From NCBI RefSeq assembly GCF_030684315.1, contig NC_081391.1:13121342-13185341 (forward strand): a stretch of DNA of 64,000 nt, read 5' to 3'. Positions 60,709 through 64,000 of this stretch are shown here, piece by piece. How positions within the stretch are numbered: position 1 is the first letter of the stretch; each line of letters starts with the position of its first letter. Origin of the DNA: Stegostoma tigrinum. Taxonomy: Eukaryota. The position numbers and the translations under genes are program-made. Below the pieces are notes generated by a model. It searched no databases and was not told the DNA's origin. It saw only the letters and a program-made list of their open reading frames with translations.

Positions 60709-63700
60709 TGTGGCCTGGAGTACTGTCTGCTTGGTCTGAATGCATTCCCCACTTCACCCTGGCCAACCTGTCTCCTTCCAGGGAGAAGGGACTTTTGTAG
60801 CAAAGAATGTAATGGCTATACCAGCTAAATGGAAATGAATAAAATGATGTGTTGATCTTGCTTATTGTCCATCATTCAGAGCTCTGAATACTTTGGGTGA
60901 TAGCTCTTGCTTGAAGCCAATTCGTTTTCTGTCATTTGATTGGTCCAATTTCTAATTGGATTAGGCAACCCTTCACAGAATCGCTCACTATCCCCACATT
61001 AGAATGTAACTCGATGGAGTGTTTTTTTTTGGTTAGTCCTGTGGAAATTGAAGGTGTTTCTTCTCCAAATAGGATAAGGTTGGAATTTGTCAATTGTGGC
61101 ATTGGCTTTCTTCTAGAGGACAATTAGTGCACTTCTGGATATGGTGGGTTCAACTGTAGCTCCAAGAAATTATCTTCCTCTGGTGACAGGAAGTTCCCAC
61201 ACCTTCTAAATAGACTTCTCTACCCAGCCTGATAGAATTTGGGATAGTGGTGTTCAATTGCACATTTCCCTTACAATCTCTTCCCCGCCTCAGCCATCCT
61301 GCGTACTCAATTATTGCCTGAATGATGACAGCAACAAAAAGTGAAGACAGCCCTTTATCTACTGACCCAGCTGCCTGATCACCAAGGTCTAAAGGAAGAG
61401 GCCCAGCAGGCTCTGATTTCAATCCAGCTGGCGGAAGCAGCAGAGCTGTGAAACAATCTCGACTGCCTGGTATATCTCTTTTTTTTCCCCATTGGGCCCT
61501 ACCCTGACCAATAAACACTACATTCTCAGTATTGTTACTTTTGGTTTCACTATCCCAAACTGTGGCTGGAGCTCTTTCTCTTCCGCTTCTCCGCACTTCT
61601 CTCACCCCGCCCTCCCCCCACCCGACCTTTTCTATCCACGTGCCCCACCAGCCTAAACATTCACCACAGCCCCTTTCCCTGGGAGTCAGCTCAAGACGTT
61701 CACCTGAACTGTACTGGATTATAATGTAGGGCCTCATTGCCGCTTACAGCAGGATAACAGGGACCTGGGAATAACACAGCAATGCACCTGGTTAAATGCT
61801 GCTGTTTGATTGGCTCTTGTTGCTAAAGCCAGCATTGAGCGCACGAAGCTGTTCCCTTCGTTCCTCTGAGCTTCCCACATGGTGAACATTACTCCTGATG
61901 CAGGTTGATTGGGTGAAATCACATTGAAGGAGCAAAGTGGCTCGGAGAGGAGACATGGAGATGCTGACTTTCCTTTACGGCTGCTTACTTTATCTTTCAA
62001 GGTGTCAGAGATCATGGGTTGGTGAGGGGGCTATCAGAGACATCCTGAGGATTGTTCCAGGGAGTTTTGTAGCGAGTGCACACTGCAGCCTTCATCGAGG
62101 TTGGCTGGGGTGGGGCGGGGTGCTGCAGAGTCAAAAGGCACTCAACATATTTGTTCCACCACATAAAGCAATTTATTTTTGGTGACAATAAGTCTTGGCT
62201 ACAGTAACCCTCAAGTGCAGGAAGGGACCATTAGGCCCATTAAATCTGCATCGACCTTCTGAACAGCATCCTCCTTAGACCCAACCCCTTTGCCTTAACT
62301 CCACATTTCCCACGGCTAATCGACCTAGCCTGCAGGCCCCTGCTCACGATCGACAATCTGCAAATCGTTGGGCTGTGTGAGGAAACTCAAGCACCTGGAG
62401 GAAATCCACGCAGTCCATCACCCAGGGGTAGAATCGAACCTGGGTCCCTGGCACTGAGGCGCCAAAACATTCTAAAGTACCAAAGGAAAGGAATACACTG
62501 CGGCAAACTACGCCATGGGAATAGACTCTGCAGCGCAGCCCGAACTTGCAGACCAGGTTTTCATAAACTGTGTAGTGCCATTTGCCTACGTTTGGCCCAT
62601 CTTTCTCTAAACCGTTCCTTTCCATGTAAATCTCCAAATGTCACTTAAATGTTGTAATTCTATCCACCTCGACCACTTCCTCTGGCAGCTCGTTCCATAC
62701 ACGCACCACCCTCTGTGTGACAATGTTGTCACTCACGCCCCTTTTAAATCTTGCCGCTCTCCCCTCAAACCAATGCCCTCTAGTTTTGGACCCCCCCTAC
62801 CCTGTCCCAGCATGCTTTTTATATACAGTCAATCTTGAGTGTGCCAATGGCAAGGCTACATTTAGTGCTCAGCAACTGTTCCACTTCAGGAGGTGGTGAT
62901 GAGCTGGTTATTACAGTCCACCTGGTGTCGGAGAGACCGGAATGATGCTGCTGCTGCTGCTGCTGTTGCTGAGGAGGGGCTCCTGGGATTTTCATTCACA
63001 AACAGGGATATTGTTCCAAGTCAGGATGGTGACAGAGTTACATGGAGCTGCTTGAGTGTCGTCGGAGCTGCCTCAAGCGAGAACATTGTAAACTATTCCA
63101 GCACTACTCCCAACTTCAGCCTTATTGAGGGTGGGCAGGTTTTGGAAACTCAGGAGTTGAGTACTTCCTGACAGAATTCCCAGCATCTGAATTCCCAGTT
63201 TCTGAGCTGTACCATCGAGAGAACGCAATGTAAACAGAACCAGAAATTCTTCACTTGGAAACATGCTGGGGTTAATCGCTAGTTCTACTTCAAACAACGA
63301 AAAACGAAACTGGGAGACAGAAATGTTCAACGTGCGATACATTTCTAGCAGCAACTGAAACATAGAGGCCTGAGGCCTACTGTGTAGAAGAGGCACTCAG
63401 CACATTTAGCGTTTTGCTTTTCAAACTGGGCTTCAAGGTCAAGGTCAGGGAGATCACATCAGATGCAGATTGGATCCACAAAGTACATCAGTTGCCTGTT
63501 TTAGATGATCCAAAAGCACATTATTTGTGTTGCTGCACAGAAATAGGAAAATGTTCTGATCAACCAAATCGAGCCATTTTTCAAAGAGCTCCAACACCAA
63601 CGTTCAAAAATTATGACGACTAATCCCTCAGAATAGCAATCCGACAGAATTCTGCAAATCTGTGATGAATGTGTCTTAACGCACAACCTCAGATACAGAC

Positions 63701-64000
63701 GTGAAGTTTTAGAGTATATTTTATTCTCATTTTCAGGGAGATGTCCTTCCAGAATTTGCACTTGTGCGGGAGGTCAAAGGTCATTTCAGCAATTTCATCA
63801 TCAACCACTCATCAATTCTGATTGGTTTTTTGACCCGATTCCCATCCTGCACTGATTGGATGTGGCAGCTGATCAATTGATTAACAAGAGTGTTTGGCCA
63901 TCACTGATGATCTCATTTCCTGCTTCATAAAATGAGTGTTGGCTCCTGGAGTATAAATAGAGTCCCAGGGCAGGGATGTTTACTGTTGCTTTTAGCTGTG
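59109..64000 (+). repeat. Segmental duplicate of 1-~4890 (offset ~59.1 kb)
   Basis: taatctctccttttaatggatttttcagcc at 1 and 59109; colinear through exons 3-4, the spacer and the next promoter, with scattered substitutions and indels. Confidence 0.93.
63771..63959 (+). promoter_or_regulatory. Promoter of a further type A ferritin copy beginning beyond the window (DR1 63771-63783; TATAAATA 63952-63959)
   Basis: Near-identical to 4666-4854. Confidence 0.8.

Overview
Vertebrate genomic DNA, most likely a cartilaginous fish (shark), judged from CR1 LINE, HE1-like SINE and Penelope-like repeats recognised from memory, with no database search run. The whole window is a head-to-tail, + strand tandem array of a 4-exon ferritin gene (exons 102/147/126/156 nt, all phase 0, 176 aa) with a spacing of about 7-10 kb. 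It holds seven complete copies, exons 3-4 of an eighth at the left edge and the promoter of a ninth at the right edge. By intron and flank similarity the order is D(partial)-A-B-C(pseudo)-A'-B'-E(probable pseudo)-D'-A''(promoter), with nested duplications at offsets of about 26 kb and 59.1 kb. All copies encode an unusual H/L-intermediate subunit: E27, Y34, E61, H65 and E107 are kept, but E62K, Q141E and H173L (human FTH1 numbering) are L-chain-like, predicting a crippled ferroxidase centre. The predicted short 5'UTRs have no iron-responsive element. The promoters share a DR1 nuclear-receptor element, a CCAAT box, an ETS-like site and a TATA box. Exons are nearly identical between copies while introns are clearly diverged. 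The remainder is decayed retroelements, a T-free C-rich tract and a 411-N assembly gap. Most ORF-track entries are spurious.
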